64,000 bases of DNA, taken from contig NC_045696.1 in assembly GCF_009834535.1 (NCBI RefSeq), positions 115,198,001-115,262,000 of the forward strand. Reading direction: 5' to 3'. The first letter of the stretch is position 1. Each line of letters starts with the position of its first letter. The DNA comes from Camelus ferus. Its lineage: Eukaryota. Both the position numbers and the translations under genes were made by a program. Of this stretch, positions 52,401 to 64,000 are shown piece by piece. The notes beneath the pieces are model-generated. The model was given only the letters and a program-made list of their open reading frames with translations, ran no database searches and had not been told where the DNA came from.

Positions 52401-52879
52401 GTGGGTTCTATGCTGTCGAAGGACTTAGAAAATGTCATATTTAACAATTATTGGAATACATTAGAAAAATTGTGATTGGTTCTATCCAGCTTCTTAAATT
52501 TTGATAAATCACAGAGTGGGAGTTGGATTACATGGAAATATGAGGTCTACTTTTTTTGAAGTTGGAATGTGTGTGTGTGTGTGTGTCTTTATCTGGTGAA
52601 TTTAAGAAACTGCCTTTTGTCATGCCTGTCAGAACTGCCATTTATTTGTGGTTTCATCCCAGTAAATATGTGTGTATGCTTCAGCTCTTGAGATTTTCTC
52701 TAGGTAAAAAGCTCAGATGTGATTGCCATTGGGTCATTTCTTGTCAAGTTCAATACGGCTTTTATTTCACTATGCATTGGTCCAGAAATCTGAGGATTAC
52801 TAGAGGCAGATAAAGATTCAAATAAAGTGTAATTAAAATAGCTATCTAGACACGAAGTACGTCTTACTGAATTGGAATA

Positions 52880-53377
52880 TGTCAAGAACGGTTCAGGATC
52901 TGAGACTTTACACTACTTGCAAGCTAAGAAGTAAGTCTACCTCAGTTTTATAGATTCTGGCAGGAGACATGAGACTTCTGGCCAGAGATAAATGATTTCA
53001 TTACTGACACCTCATCAGGCACCATGAGCTTCACATTCCCATTGATTCCCTTTGCCCACCAAGGTCACAGGGTGATGCGAGGAGGGTTAGCTTGATGCTA
53101 CGCACAGTGGGTTTGCTGTCACAGCTGAGGAGCCCTGAACTTAGCAAAACCGCAATCTTCAAAGGGGATGCCTGCCCTACCTTTGCCCCAAAGAAAGACA
53201 TTATCTTTGTTATACTGGTCAGGAAAAAAATCTGTCCTCTGCCCAGAGGAAGACACTGTCTAACTTCCAAGGCTTTTTGCTGTACAAACATCCTTGAAAA
53301 GATAGTTCAGAAAGCTTTCAAGCCCCTTTGCTCAGAGATGCAGAAGCATAAAAGTCATGGAGAATTTTCTCCCAAAT
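52880..53377 (-). mobile_element. ERVL solo LTR (LTR40-like) with 5-bp TSD GAATA
   Basis: tgtcaagaac...tctgagactttacactacttgcaagctaa...acaaacatccttgaaaagatag...catggagaattttctcccaa; gaata at 52875-52879 and 53378-53382. Confidence 0.8.
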
Positions 53378-53442
53378 GAATATGGCATATTAAAACTTCT
53401 GTGAGTTATTTGCATTTGCAGTATTTAAGAGTGTGGGCTCTG

Positions 53443-54092
53443 ATATCAAGATGAAACTCTAATTGAAAAAAAATACGTGCACCCTATTATTCATAGCAAC
53501 ACTATTAACAATAGTCAAGACATGGAAGCAACCTAAATGTCCATCAACAGATGACTGGATAAAGAAAATGTGGTATATATACACACACAATGGAATACTA
53601 CTCAGCCATAAAAAAGAGTGAAATAATGCCATTTGCAGCAACATTGATGGACCTAAAAATTATCATACTAAGTGAAATAAATCAGAAAGAGAAGAACACA
53701 TATCATGTATATCACTTACATGTGGAATCTAAAACAACATCACAAATGAATTTATTTTACAAAACAGAGACTCACAGACATAAAAGACAAACTTACGGTT
53801 ATCAAAGGGGAAAAGGTGGGGAAGGATAAATTAGGAGTTTAGGATTAGTAGACACACACCACTATATATAAAATAAACAACAGAGACCTACTGTGTAGCG
53901 CAAGGTACTGTATTCGATACCTTGTAATAACCTATAATAAAAAAGAATATAGAAAAGAATATGTGTATATATATATTTTATGTTGACATATATGTTTATA
54001 TATTTGTATATTTATATAAAAATCACTATGCTGTACACCAGAAAGTAATACAACATTGTAAATCAATTATAGTTCAGTTGGGAAAAAAAAGG
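53443..54092 (+). mobile_element. 5'-truncated L1 inserted into a MIR, with 14-bp TSD
   Basis: L1 ORF2 end plus 3'UTR; gagtgtgggctctg at 53429-53442 and 54093-54106. Confidence 0.92.
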
Positions 54093-54325
54093 GAGTGTGG
54101 GCTCTGGAGCAAGTCTGCAGAAGCTAAAACCCCTTCCTGGGCACCGTAGTAGCTATGTGGTTTGGGACAAGTCACTTAAATTCACTGTGCCTCAACTTCC
54201 TCATCTGCATAAAAGACGTACTAATATTATTAGGATTGTTATGATGATTGCTGTGATGATTAAAATATTTTAATCACTTTAACCAGAGCCAGGCACATGG
54301 TGGACCCTTGAAGAATTTTAGTTAT
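54093..54325 (+). mobile_element. MIR SINE (interrupted by L1)
   Basis: agctatgtgg...acaagtcacttaaattcactgtgcctcaacttcctcatctgc...gccaggcacatgg. Confidence 0.75.
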
Positions 54326-54875
54326 TTTAGATATCATCTAATTGTTTATGAAATTTCTCCTTAGAAAACAGTGACATTTTCTGAATCCGTTGAGCCTGGC
54401 TTGCTCACCACTGTATTTTTAGGCAATCATACAGAGGAGGTGCTTGATCATATATTTAATGACTAGGTGAATAAAAGAAATCTCTTTATTAAAGTCAGGA
54501 AGCAATCTACAGGGTGTGTGTGTCTGTGGCTTTCTGTTTGAATAAATATCTGCTTTGACTTTTAGGGAAGTGCCTCTTGATAGCACAATTAGACCTGGGG
54601 AACAAAACCGTGGTTTGCTTCCATTGAAATCCTAAGCTAATTGACATAATTTACTGTGATATGTATGAATAAGTTCATTTCCTTGACTCACATTTTAAAT
54701 TGCATTTCTTCTAAGTGACAGTTCTCTTCTCTCTATAAAATGAAATCTAAAGGAAAAACACTGCCTTCCAAAAAAAGAGTAAGCCTGAAATCATAGAATA
54801 TACTAAAGGAAAATATCAGGCTTGAGAACATTGATTAATTTACACACAATTTGATTAGGTGGATACTTGTGTACT

Positions 54876-55491
54876 GTTTTTTTTATTACAGTGTGTCAGT
54901 TTCTGGTGTACAGCCCAATGTCCTAGTCATGCATATACATTACACATATTTGTTTTCACAACCTTTTTCATTAAAGGTTGTTACAAGATTTTGAATCTAG
55001 TTCCCTGTGCTATACAGAAGAAATTTGCTTTTTATCTATTTTTATATATAGTAGTTAATATTTGCAAATCTTGAACTCTCAAATTTATCCCTTCCCACTC
55101 CCACTTTCCCCCCAGTAACCATAAGATTGTTTACTATGTCTGTGAGTCTGTTTCTGTTTTGTAGATGAGTTCAATAGTGTCTTCTTTTTCTAGGCGTATA
55201 TCTAGAGGGAACTCTAATTTGAAAAGATACATGCACCCCAGTGTTCATAGCAGCACTAGTTACAATGAAGACATGGAAACAACCTAAATTTCCATTGACA
55301 GAGGACTGGATAAAGAAGTTGTGATACATTTATAAAATGGAATAGTACTCATCCATAAAAAAGAATAAAATAATGCCATTTGCAGCAACATGGATGGACC
55401 AGGAGATCATCATTGAAAGCGAAGTAACCCAGAAAGAGAAAGAAAAGTAATGATATCACTCTTATGTGGAATCTAAAACAAGAATAAAGAA
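54876..55491 (-). mobile_element. L1 insertion with 5' inversion (twin priming)
   Basis: Antisense 3'UTR (54876-55190) joined to sense ORF2 end (55191-55491); flanks gatac(t/t)(t/a)gtgt(a/g)ct at 54862-54875 and 55492-55505. Confidence 0.85.
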
Positions 55492-57364
55492 GATACTAGT
55501 GTGCTTTGAAGAAGCCATCACAGCACATAACCTACATGCAACTTGCTGAAATGTTATTATGTAATTGAAAAAACTAGAGGGGTGTTACTTAGTCTTTAGG
55601 TCCTTCTAAACTACGTGTATCATATATTCACCTTTTTATTGATGGGAAAATGATAATTAAATTGTGATAAGTGCCTTTCAAATTTAATACTAAAAATATA
55701 TTAATTATTTTTTAAAAATAACAGATGTGTAGCATCCAGTGCTATTCAGAGCTTGAAGATCATGGATTTCCTTTCTGGCTGATTTAATAGTTTATTTTTA
55801 TTATGAACTTGAAAAGCCATCTTTTCTTTTTCTTTGCTTTATTTAGCCACCAGCACCAGTGGTTTAAAGCATTAACAAATTATTTAAGTATAAGATCATA
55901 GATTCATTCTGTTTATTAAAATTTATAAATGATGCAGTATATACATGAATGAGAGGTTAGAGCTGAAAAAAATATACAGTTTGATGAAATGTTTATACTT
56001 CATAATAAATTTTATGTTTACTAAAATTATTATAAGACCACAATTCTAAAAGCTCCATTCTTCAGAATTTTAATGACTTAATATTGATTATCTAAATAAC
56101 TTAAGGTATGTGATTTGAAGTTTCCTCAGTGAAGTCAGAGCATCCAGAATGAATATTCAGAATAGCCTGAACATAGTAATTTGGTTCAAAAGTTGAGTAC
56201 TGGTAAATATATTAATATAATATTAATATAAGTGTATTTTTTCTGCCCCACCTCTTTACCCTTTTGTTGTTTTGTTTTCCTACATTTGCACATCTACTCC
56301 AATTTAAAGATCTGTCATTCTGACACACACACTCATGTGACTTTGTATAATTCAAGTGGTATAGCCAGCTCTTATCCAAGGAAATTGCATAATCATGAAA
56401 TAGGAGAGTAAAATAAAGCTAAAATAATAAGGGTAAAATAATAGAGTAAAATAAAAATTGCCACAATTCTAATGATTTCCTTTTAATCTCACTCTCATAT
56501 GATTAAGGACCAAAAGAAGTGAATTCCTCTTTTTCTCTAGATAATTGATAACTTTTCTGTTAAATCTCACAAATATACTGAATTTTAGATTTTTTTTTCA
56601 TGTGTTTCAATTTCAGGTAGGTTAAAAAAATCCATAACATCATAGGTTTGTTCAAAATAAACATATTGGAGAAAACATATGAGAATAACTTTCCTATAAA
56701 TGAATTTTCATCAAATAAGTAAGTAGAATAGAATGCAAATACCTCAGTTATTCAGATTATGATATTTGGCTAAGATACATGAAAAAATAATTTCTCAGGA
56801 CTGGAATTTGCTTGAGGACCATATAACTTAATTCCAATTTTCACATGAAACGAGGGTTTCTATTTTGTTTCCCTAAATTTTGTCACATCTGATCCAACAG
56901 AGATGCTGCATGCTCCACTCCAAATTAGAAAGAGGCAGCAGTCCGTGTCAACTGCATCTGAAAATAGATTTATTATGTCTCCTGCCTCTGGTTTCTTTCA
57001 TTAAAAAATACGCTCTGTGGTCCAATTCATATTGTGCATTATTGTTCAATCTCCCAGAGCAAAACGCTATTACATTGCCTTTTTACCCCCCTTAACTACA
57101 TCCTTTTGGAAATTAACTTAATGTCTTTCATGCAGAATTGTTTTGAGTTGACAAAAAATCAGCATGAGAAGTAAGTAAAATTTTCATATATTTCCCAAGG
57201 GTTTAAACTAATGGCATGAACACAGTAAATGAACAAATTAAGAAAGCCAGTCTCAAATTGGTTACATTTAATTAAAACTTATCAGCTTTCATTACTTCAC
57301 CAGTGTGCCCTGCCTCCTTTCCAGGACTGGTTTTCTACATGAACCTTACCAAAATCTTTCATGA

Positions 57365-57590
57365 TTCTACATATTTGTTCAATCTCTATCTCTCCAGCAC
57401 TAGATAGAAGCTCTCTGAGGGTAGGAATGTTACAATTTTCCCCCATTTTTAATTGACTGTCACTCCCATCACTAAATTGTCACCTCTGTGATGACGAGGA
57501 TTTTTACTTTTTGTTCATCACCCTGTCACTGATGCCTAGAATGGTGCCTGGCACATATTAGGAATTCCATAAATATTGGATAAAGGAGGC
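57365..57590 (+). mobile_element. L2 3' end fragments
   Basis: cactagatagaagctctctgagggtagga; tgttcatcacc...tgcctagaatggtgcctggcacata...ataaatatt. Confidence 0.7.
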
Positions 57591-57859
57591 AACATCTGTA
57601 AATAGTATGTACTTATATATAAATTTGAATTTTATATAAACTCCAGATGAATAAAGAGTTCACCTTTGGGAAGCTCAATCCTTAAAAGGAAAAGCTTTTG
57701 TATCCGGTAACATGATGAGAATACATTCTTGAAATCCTTACCCAAGTGCTTCTTGGGAATATCTGTTAATATTTTTACCAAGTTCTGGCATGAGGGAGCT
57801 TCGTCTCGTTATCTCAGATGTCCTTAGATAGTGCTCAGGTATTCCTTTACAAGAGTCCA

Positions 57860-58340
57860 AGTTATCTTCGTCACCTACTAATTATGTGGACTTGGGCAAT
57901 TACCTCATCCGTGGAAATCTCTTACCCCAGCTTTCCAACAGAGAAACTGGTGGTACCCAGCTCACAGGGTGTGTAAGAGAAGTAAACTCTACGCGGTGAG
58001 TCATGTACCGTGTGTGCTCAGTAGACTTCAGTGATGGAGATGATGACAAAGGGGATGATGCTGGTGAAGATGAACTTGAATTTCACATTTCTGGTACATA
58101 TTGTGTTAGTGACCCTGAGATATAGGTGGTGTTTCAGAAATGCAATTACACTTTTGAAAATAAAGGTTGTGGACTTGGAAAAATCTTGATTTTGAAGGCT
58201 GGTTCCACCTTATACTAGCTGAAGAATGATGAGAAGATTTCTTAAATCTTATAATCTTCCTTATCTGTCAAATGGCCATGATGATAAGAAAATCTACTCT
58301 GTAGGTTAATTGGGAGGATGCGTTGAATTAAAATACAGAG
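57860..58340 (+). mobile_element. Two MIR remnants
   Basis: tactaattatgtggacttgggcaattac...; ttccaccttatactagctg...ttccttatctgtcaaatgg. Confidence 0.5.
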
Positions 58341-60139
58341 AGGGACACTTTCCTCAAGGGTCTGTCTGCCCAGAGGAAGCACCATAAATATGATGAGTAC
58401 CTAATCACATCCTTGCAGCAAACATTGTGATGGGTGTCCTCACCGTTACTTGGCAGAGACCAGTGAAATAATGTTGGAATACAGTGCCATCAAAGCATGT
58501 CTAGGGTAAGCCAGGGCAGGCTGTTCTAGTTTGGTACCTTTCTGTTTAAGCATTAGTGGACTTTCAAAATCTAGATGTGTTTATGTTATGTATTTGCATC
58601 TTAGATTCTGGAAACTGATTACCTGTAGTGCTTAAAATTGTCACCCACACGGGAATACAGGACATGTGTATCTTCTTAGTGTTTCTTCTTTGTTAAGAAT
58701 GCACCTTCTTACCTAGTAAGAAGAAGAGGCCTGGAGAAAAACAGATGGAAATCAGAAGTAGATTTTCATAGGATGTTGTGTGGGGAGGGGCCACCAGCTG
58801 GACGAGCCCTCAACCTCCACCCTGAAGTCAAGGCCGATCTGGCCAGAAGGGGCCAGAAACCTTCCCGTCTTGGTTCTCCTGCCCACAGCAAAGGGCTTTG
58901 ACAGACTACGACTTTTAGCAAGTCTGCAGGAAAACAGGGAACACTGCCCAATGTGAAACGGCCCCAGAGTTAACTGGGAACAGATTGCAGAAAAAGAGAC
59001 TTTAGTCTGATCCTCCGCATTTTAACCAACACTTACTAAGTGTCTGTTAAGTATAACATACAGTGTTGATGGGGAGATTGTCTTTAAAAAAAATTACAGT
59101 CCTTGGCTTAATAAATACTTCCTACGCAAAATAGGAGTGGAAAGGTGCACACTGTCATAAAATCATGGCATTAGAAGGTCACATCTGAGGCGGTGTGTGC
59201 TTCTGGGAGGTCTCTGGCCCCTGGTAAGCGTTGTGGAGGTTTAGCGGTGGCAGTTGTTAACATTACTGCCGGAACTCCCAGTTTTGGTTATGTATTCAGA
59301 TCCCCTGGCTTCTCTTCAGATTTACTAAGTGAGAATTTCCGGCGTGGTTCCAGGGAAGCTGCAGAATGAAGATCCCAGGCTATTCCTCCTCTGACAGCCA
59401 GTCACCAAGCCATGGAATGGCACCCAGTATCCCCTGACAGACTCACCTGCCTGTCTTAGAAGACAGTAAACGGAGACTTGGAGACACGAAGCAACTTCCT
59501 TTTCTCATCTTATTTTACTGACTTACTCTTTAGTCCAGGCTGTTCCTAAAGCCACCTCAAATCCTTTCTCTCCAAGAGGACCCTTTAGGGAATGAATAAA
59601 AATGACTTGCCTGAGGTGACATAGCCGGGTGGTGGCAGATCTGGGAAGACATGTATATTCTGTCCCTTGAACTCCACAACCTTCTTGGGCCCATGGCACT
59701 CGCCCTACAGCCGAGCTGTTGCTTGTGAGCAATTAAACTGCATCCCATCTGACAACGAAATGCCACTTAAAGCCCTGGTGTCAGCGTGAAGGGATTTTGG
59801 AACAAGCCTTTCACTCAGTGCAGCTCCAGGTTTCCTAAAAGCACTGCCATCTCGAGCACTTTCCAACCACCCAGCAGGAGCAAGCTCTCCCGCAGCAAGC
59901 CTTGTCCGCAGCGTTAGGGCTGAGCCAGGGAAGCCCTGAGCTCGGGGGAAGAGAGGTCTCTCAAGTCGTGGCTCAATTTTGTCTTGCAAATCGCAGACCA
60001 GAGGATCATTCATATACTCTCTCCTTGTTGTAGAAGAGATCTTCCAAGAAAACAGTTGACATCTCGTGGGTCCCCTCTGCTTGTGGTCTGCACAACACAA
60101 CTTAACATAAACTTTTTTTTTGAGAACCTAATTTCCAAG

Positions 60140-60335
60140 ATTTTATTTTTAATTTTTTAAAGTTTTTTTTTTAATGTATTTTTTGAAGGGTAGTCAATTT
60201 ACAATGTTAGTTTCAGGTTTGTAGCAAAGCAATTCAGTTACACATATACATACATACATACATATATATATTTTCAGTTTCTTTTCCATTATGATTCATT
60301 ACAAGAAATTGAATATAGTACAGTAGGTCCTTGTT
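60140..60335 (-). mobile_element. Short L1 3'UTR fragment
   Basis: tttacaatgttagtttcagg...aattcagttacacata...ttcttttccattat...acaagaaattgaatatagt. Confidence 0.8.
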
Positions 60336-62282
60336 AGTATTTGTGCTATTAATCAAAATCTCTCAATATTGTTGCTTGATTCAAAGGCAGTCAGACAACT
60401 GGCAGACCTCTTTCTGCTTAACTGACCAGGACAACGATATGTTAATAGATCTTTCCTTCGGCTCCAAAGCAGTAGACACTGTCAGGGGGCATTGCTTGCT
60501 CCAGAAACACACATTTTGATGTGTTATTTCATGAGAAAACTGCACCTGCTTCTGACTACTGTGCAATGCCTAAGGCAGCTCTTTTTAACCATTTGGTATT
60601 TTTATTTCCTCTATGTCTATTCTACTGTTTGTGATTTGCACAGCTAAGAAGCCCTAATAAACTCAGCACGGTGTGGAGAATTTCGGTAAATGCAATTGGA
60701 TGGGATGGTGAGAAAAACACTTGACCTTATCACCTGGTTCTCACAGCATCTTTTTGTCTTGTAGACTCAGCTTCCCTCACAGAATATGACATGCTGATTA
60801 AATGGTCATTTTTAAAAAGATTCAGGACCCAGTGTAAATTGGAATATTGGGCGACCTTAGGGTACAGAGGTGGGCTTAACTTTGTCACTAGCTGTCCCAT
60901 TAGCATGGGGGTGGTTCCTAGACTTGGCCTTCACAAGCCAGTAATAAATCACACACACATGCATCTTTTTGAGCTAACACAAGGTTGCCAGTATTTAATT
61001 TTGCTAAGTAAGTACATTAAAATGAACAAACTAGCATATACTATCAATGTCATTTTTATTTAAAAACATGTATTTTAAAACCAAAAGACATAACCTCAGA
61101 GGAAATAAAATAATATTGTAATTGTAGTCATTAAGTTTTATGGGGGGAAAAAAAAACTTCCCTACACTGTCCTAATATTTTATTTCATTTTATTGCAAAA
61201 CACTGGAAAACTCCGGGTTGATAGGCACTAAATCACTGGCTGACATTTACTTTTTCTCCCTAAACCCATCAATATCTAAATTCTTTAAAAGGACCTGTCA
61301 GGACCACATCTATGTGCACTGAAGCATAAATAGTCCCCAGGCTTGGCCCCTGGCTCTGAGATGCATTCAGATCACAGCTGGTTTACAAATTCTAAAACAC
61401 TTGTTTGCCTCTCTTTCTCCCTGGCTCTCTCCCCCCAATTCTGCCTCCATATATTTTCCCTTGGTTTCTCATCTTGGCAACCATCCTGGACTCACTTTTC
61501 AGGCTCCATTTGATTCCTTCCCATCACAGTCAAGCACCTCGATCCAAGGTGACGGGTACTTCCATTACCTGCCCAGTTTTTCCTACTGTGGAGGGACTGA
61601 TGCAGTGCCCAAGGTCACCAGAAGGTGGTGGTAGAGATGGAACTCCTTTGTGCCTTCAGGGACTCTGCCCCAAGTGGGATAGGACCATCCCACAAGGAGA
61701 GACAAGGGGAACGTCACAGATGAGAACCAACCTGACCTCAAGAGATAACATTTCATCCACTTCAGTAAATAAGCCATTTTATTACTGAAGCCCAGTGACC
61801 ATCCCTCCCCCTGTCTGGATTACAGTGTGTACGTCACGTGGGCTTTTGGAGAAGACCCAGACGACACATCCGACGTGGTCCCTGGCACAGAGCTGGCTCT
61901 GAGACCATGTTAATTCCTTTTTCACCTCTTCACTCTGCCACGTTTTCACCCAAATGACAGATACTGGGAGCGGATGGGGGGGGTCTGTTCTCCTGTCCGT
62001 GCCTCTGAAATTTTGGGCCAGTGAGTTTAAACCCTATATACTTCATAGCGCTGGGCATCTGCCAGGAGCTCTGAGCTCCTCCGATTTGGGGTTTCATTCT
62101 AGGTATGTACTTGGCCAATGTGTTTAACCTTCCCCAGCTATGATTTCCTCATCTGTAAGAGAATTATCTCATTTGTCTCATAGGCTGTTCTGAAAATTAA
62201 ATGGAGATAAAATGTGGAAAGTATCTGATCAATAGTGATTTTAAAATAAAATCAAATAAAATAGAAGCTTTGAGAAATCTAA

Positions 62283-63035
62283 TATTATGGAAAACAGTAT
62301 GGAGATTCCTTAAAAAACTAAAAATAGAGTTAACATATGACCCAGCAATCCCACTTCTGAGCATATATCTGGAGGAAACTCTTAATTCAAAAAGATACAT
62401 GCACCCCAATGTTCATGGCAACACTATTTACAATAGCCAAGATGTGGAAGCAACCTAAATGTCCATCAACAGATGAGTAGACAAAAAAGATGTGGTGTGT
62501 GTGTATGTGTGTGTATATATATATTTGTGTACACACACACACACACACACACAGACACACACAATGGAATACTACTCAGCCATAAAAAAGAATAATGCCA
62601 TTTGCAGCAACATGGACCTGGAGATTGTCATACTAAGTGAAGTAAGCCATGAAGAGAAAGAAAAATACCATATGTTATCACTCATATGTGGAATCTAACA
62701 AAATGAGACAAATGAACTTATTTACAAAACAGAAACAGATTCACAGACATAGAAAAACAAACTTATGGTTACCAGGGGGGAAATGAGGGGCAGGGATAAA
62801 TTGGGAGTTCAGGATTGTTAAATGTTAACTACTATGTATAAAATATGTATAAAATAGGTAAACAGCAAAGTCCTACTGTATAGCACAGGGAACTATATTC
62901 AATACCTTGTAATGGCCTGTAATAAAAAAGACTATGAAAAGGAATATATATATATATATATATATAAACTGAATCACTATGCTACATGCCAGAAATTAAT
63001 ACAACATTGTAAACTGACTATACTTCAACAGTAAA
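62283..63035 (+). mobile_element. 5'-truncated camelid L1 next to a MIR, with (TG)/(CA) expansion
   Basis: [25 protein letters not shown] in ORF 62201-62458; 3'UTR; flanks agaaatct at 62273-62280 and 63036-63043. Confidence 0.9.
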
Positions 63036-63089
63036 AGAAATCTGAAAAGAGAGAGGGCTTGACAACCTTAGATCATTTCGACTACATTG

Positions 63090-63283
63090 GCTGCACTGTC
63101 AGTCAGGACTTTATATGATGATTGAAATGTTTTATTGTTGTCCATTATGGTGGCCACTCACCACCGGTGACTGCTGAACCCAGGAAATGTGACTAGTGAG
63201 ATCACGGAACTGAAGTTTTAGTTTTCATTAATTTAAATTTAAGTAGGCACATTTAACTAGTCTGTGTAGTATTGGACAGTCTG
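63090..63283. mobile_element. MER3-like hAT MITE
   Basis: tgtccattatggtggccact...gaaatgtgactagtg...ggaactgaagttttag...tattggacag. Confidence 0.7.
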
Positions 63284-64000
63284 AAAATAGAGGCTCTATG
63301 ACTTTTTGGTGTCTCAATCATCAAAATGGACAAAAATCAACTCAACACTTTGCTATTTGCCGAGGGCTGAATTTGGGGCCAAGTCAAGATTCTTTCTCCT
63401 AATGTAGTCAAGTAACATTGTTCTCTTAAATTGTTCAAACCTAGTGAATATGTGTGTGTTTCTACAGCCGTCAGTGAAGGAAGAGAAAAATGTTGCTAAG
63501 TATTCTTGTTTAAGAGGACTAGCTTCGGAACAGGATTCAGCGGATGACTTTGTCCCCGAAGTCCTGAACGCTTTCCCATAGCTGGCTTGGAAACTCTCCA
63601 TCTGAGCCTGCCCTTACAGAATCCTCATGTGTGCTTCTTCCTACCTCCTTAAAAGGGTCATTTCCTACTCTTGACTGTCACCAGAAGGGGCAAAAACAAG
63701 TAATATGCCTGCCTGTGTAAGAATAAGAACCTTGGGGAGACTGAGGGCGTGCCCTGAATTCGGACTCATTAGGAAATGATTTTTTTGCTTCTTGTTTATA
63801 AAGCTGATTAGATTATATACTTACTTCATTTTACTCTTGGGGTCTACCCTTAAAATAATTTTTTCTAAAAATCAATTTTGTCCTCTCTTATTACATTGTA
63901 GTTTTTATCTTACTCATCCTGAAAACTGGATCAAAGAAAGTCTTGGAGAGATAGGCAAAGAGGTACATTATGAAATAGTCATGGGTGAACAAATGCCTAC

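Noticed and set aside
10641..63035. Apparent loss of AATAAA in several sense-strand L1 tails (selection against premature polyadenylation?)
   Set aside because: Antisense copies (about 17080 and 60180) have also lost it, and one sense copy (46569) keeps it, so there is no strand bias in this small sample.
1..64000. Remaining 60-130 aa ORFs in the track
   Set aside because: Many start at non-ATG codons or lie in repeats, and none shows splice-supported or recognisable coding similarity.

Overview
Mammalian genomic DNA, not prokaryotic. It is most likely camelid (alpaca or camel), judged from a Vic-1-type tRNA-derived SINE, artiodactyl/camelid L1s, a Tigger1a_Art-like element, and no recognisable Alu, B1, Bov-A, CHR or PRE-1. 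The window lies inside the large ZNF385D gene on the + strand. Its only recognisable host coding sequence is a 143-nt exon (23060-23202, GGTCQSPALP...NLFPNFNA) that the ORF track misses. The rest is intron, rich in decayed transposons: one near-full-length dead L1 (about 33.4-39.8 kb), about 11 truncated L1 3' ends, MaLR/ERVL solo LTRs, hAT and Tigger DNA elements, MIR/L2 and microsatellites. The most unusual signals are: an unexplained ~88-bp insert that can fold into multiple stems inside L1 ORF2; two L1s joined head to tail within one target-site duplication (TSD); a twin-primed (inverted) L1; a tail-less L1 that may be internally primed; an intronic CpG-island-like patch; and a small cluster of repeated DR5-like motifs. 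I found no convincing evidence of a novel multi-gene system. Repeat family names come from my recall of consensus sequences, not from a database search.
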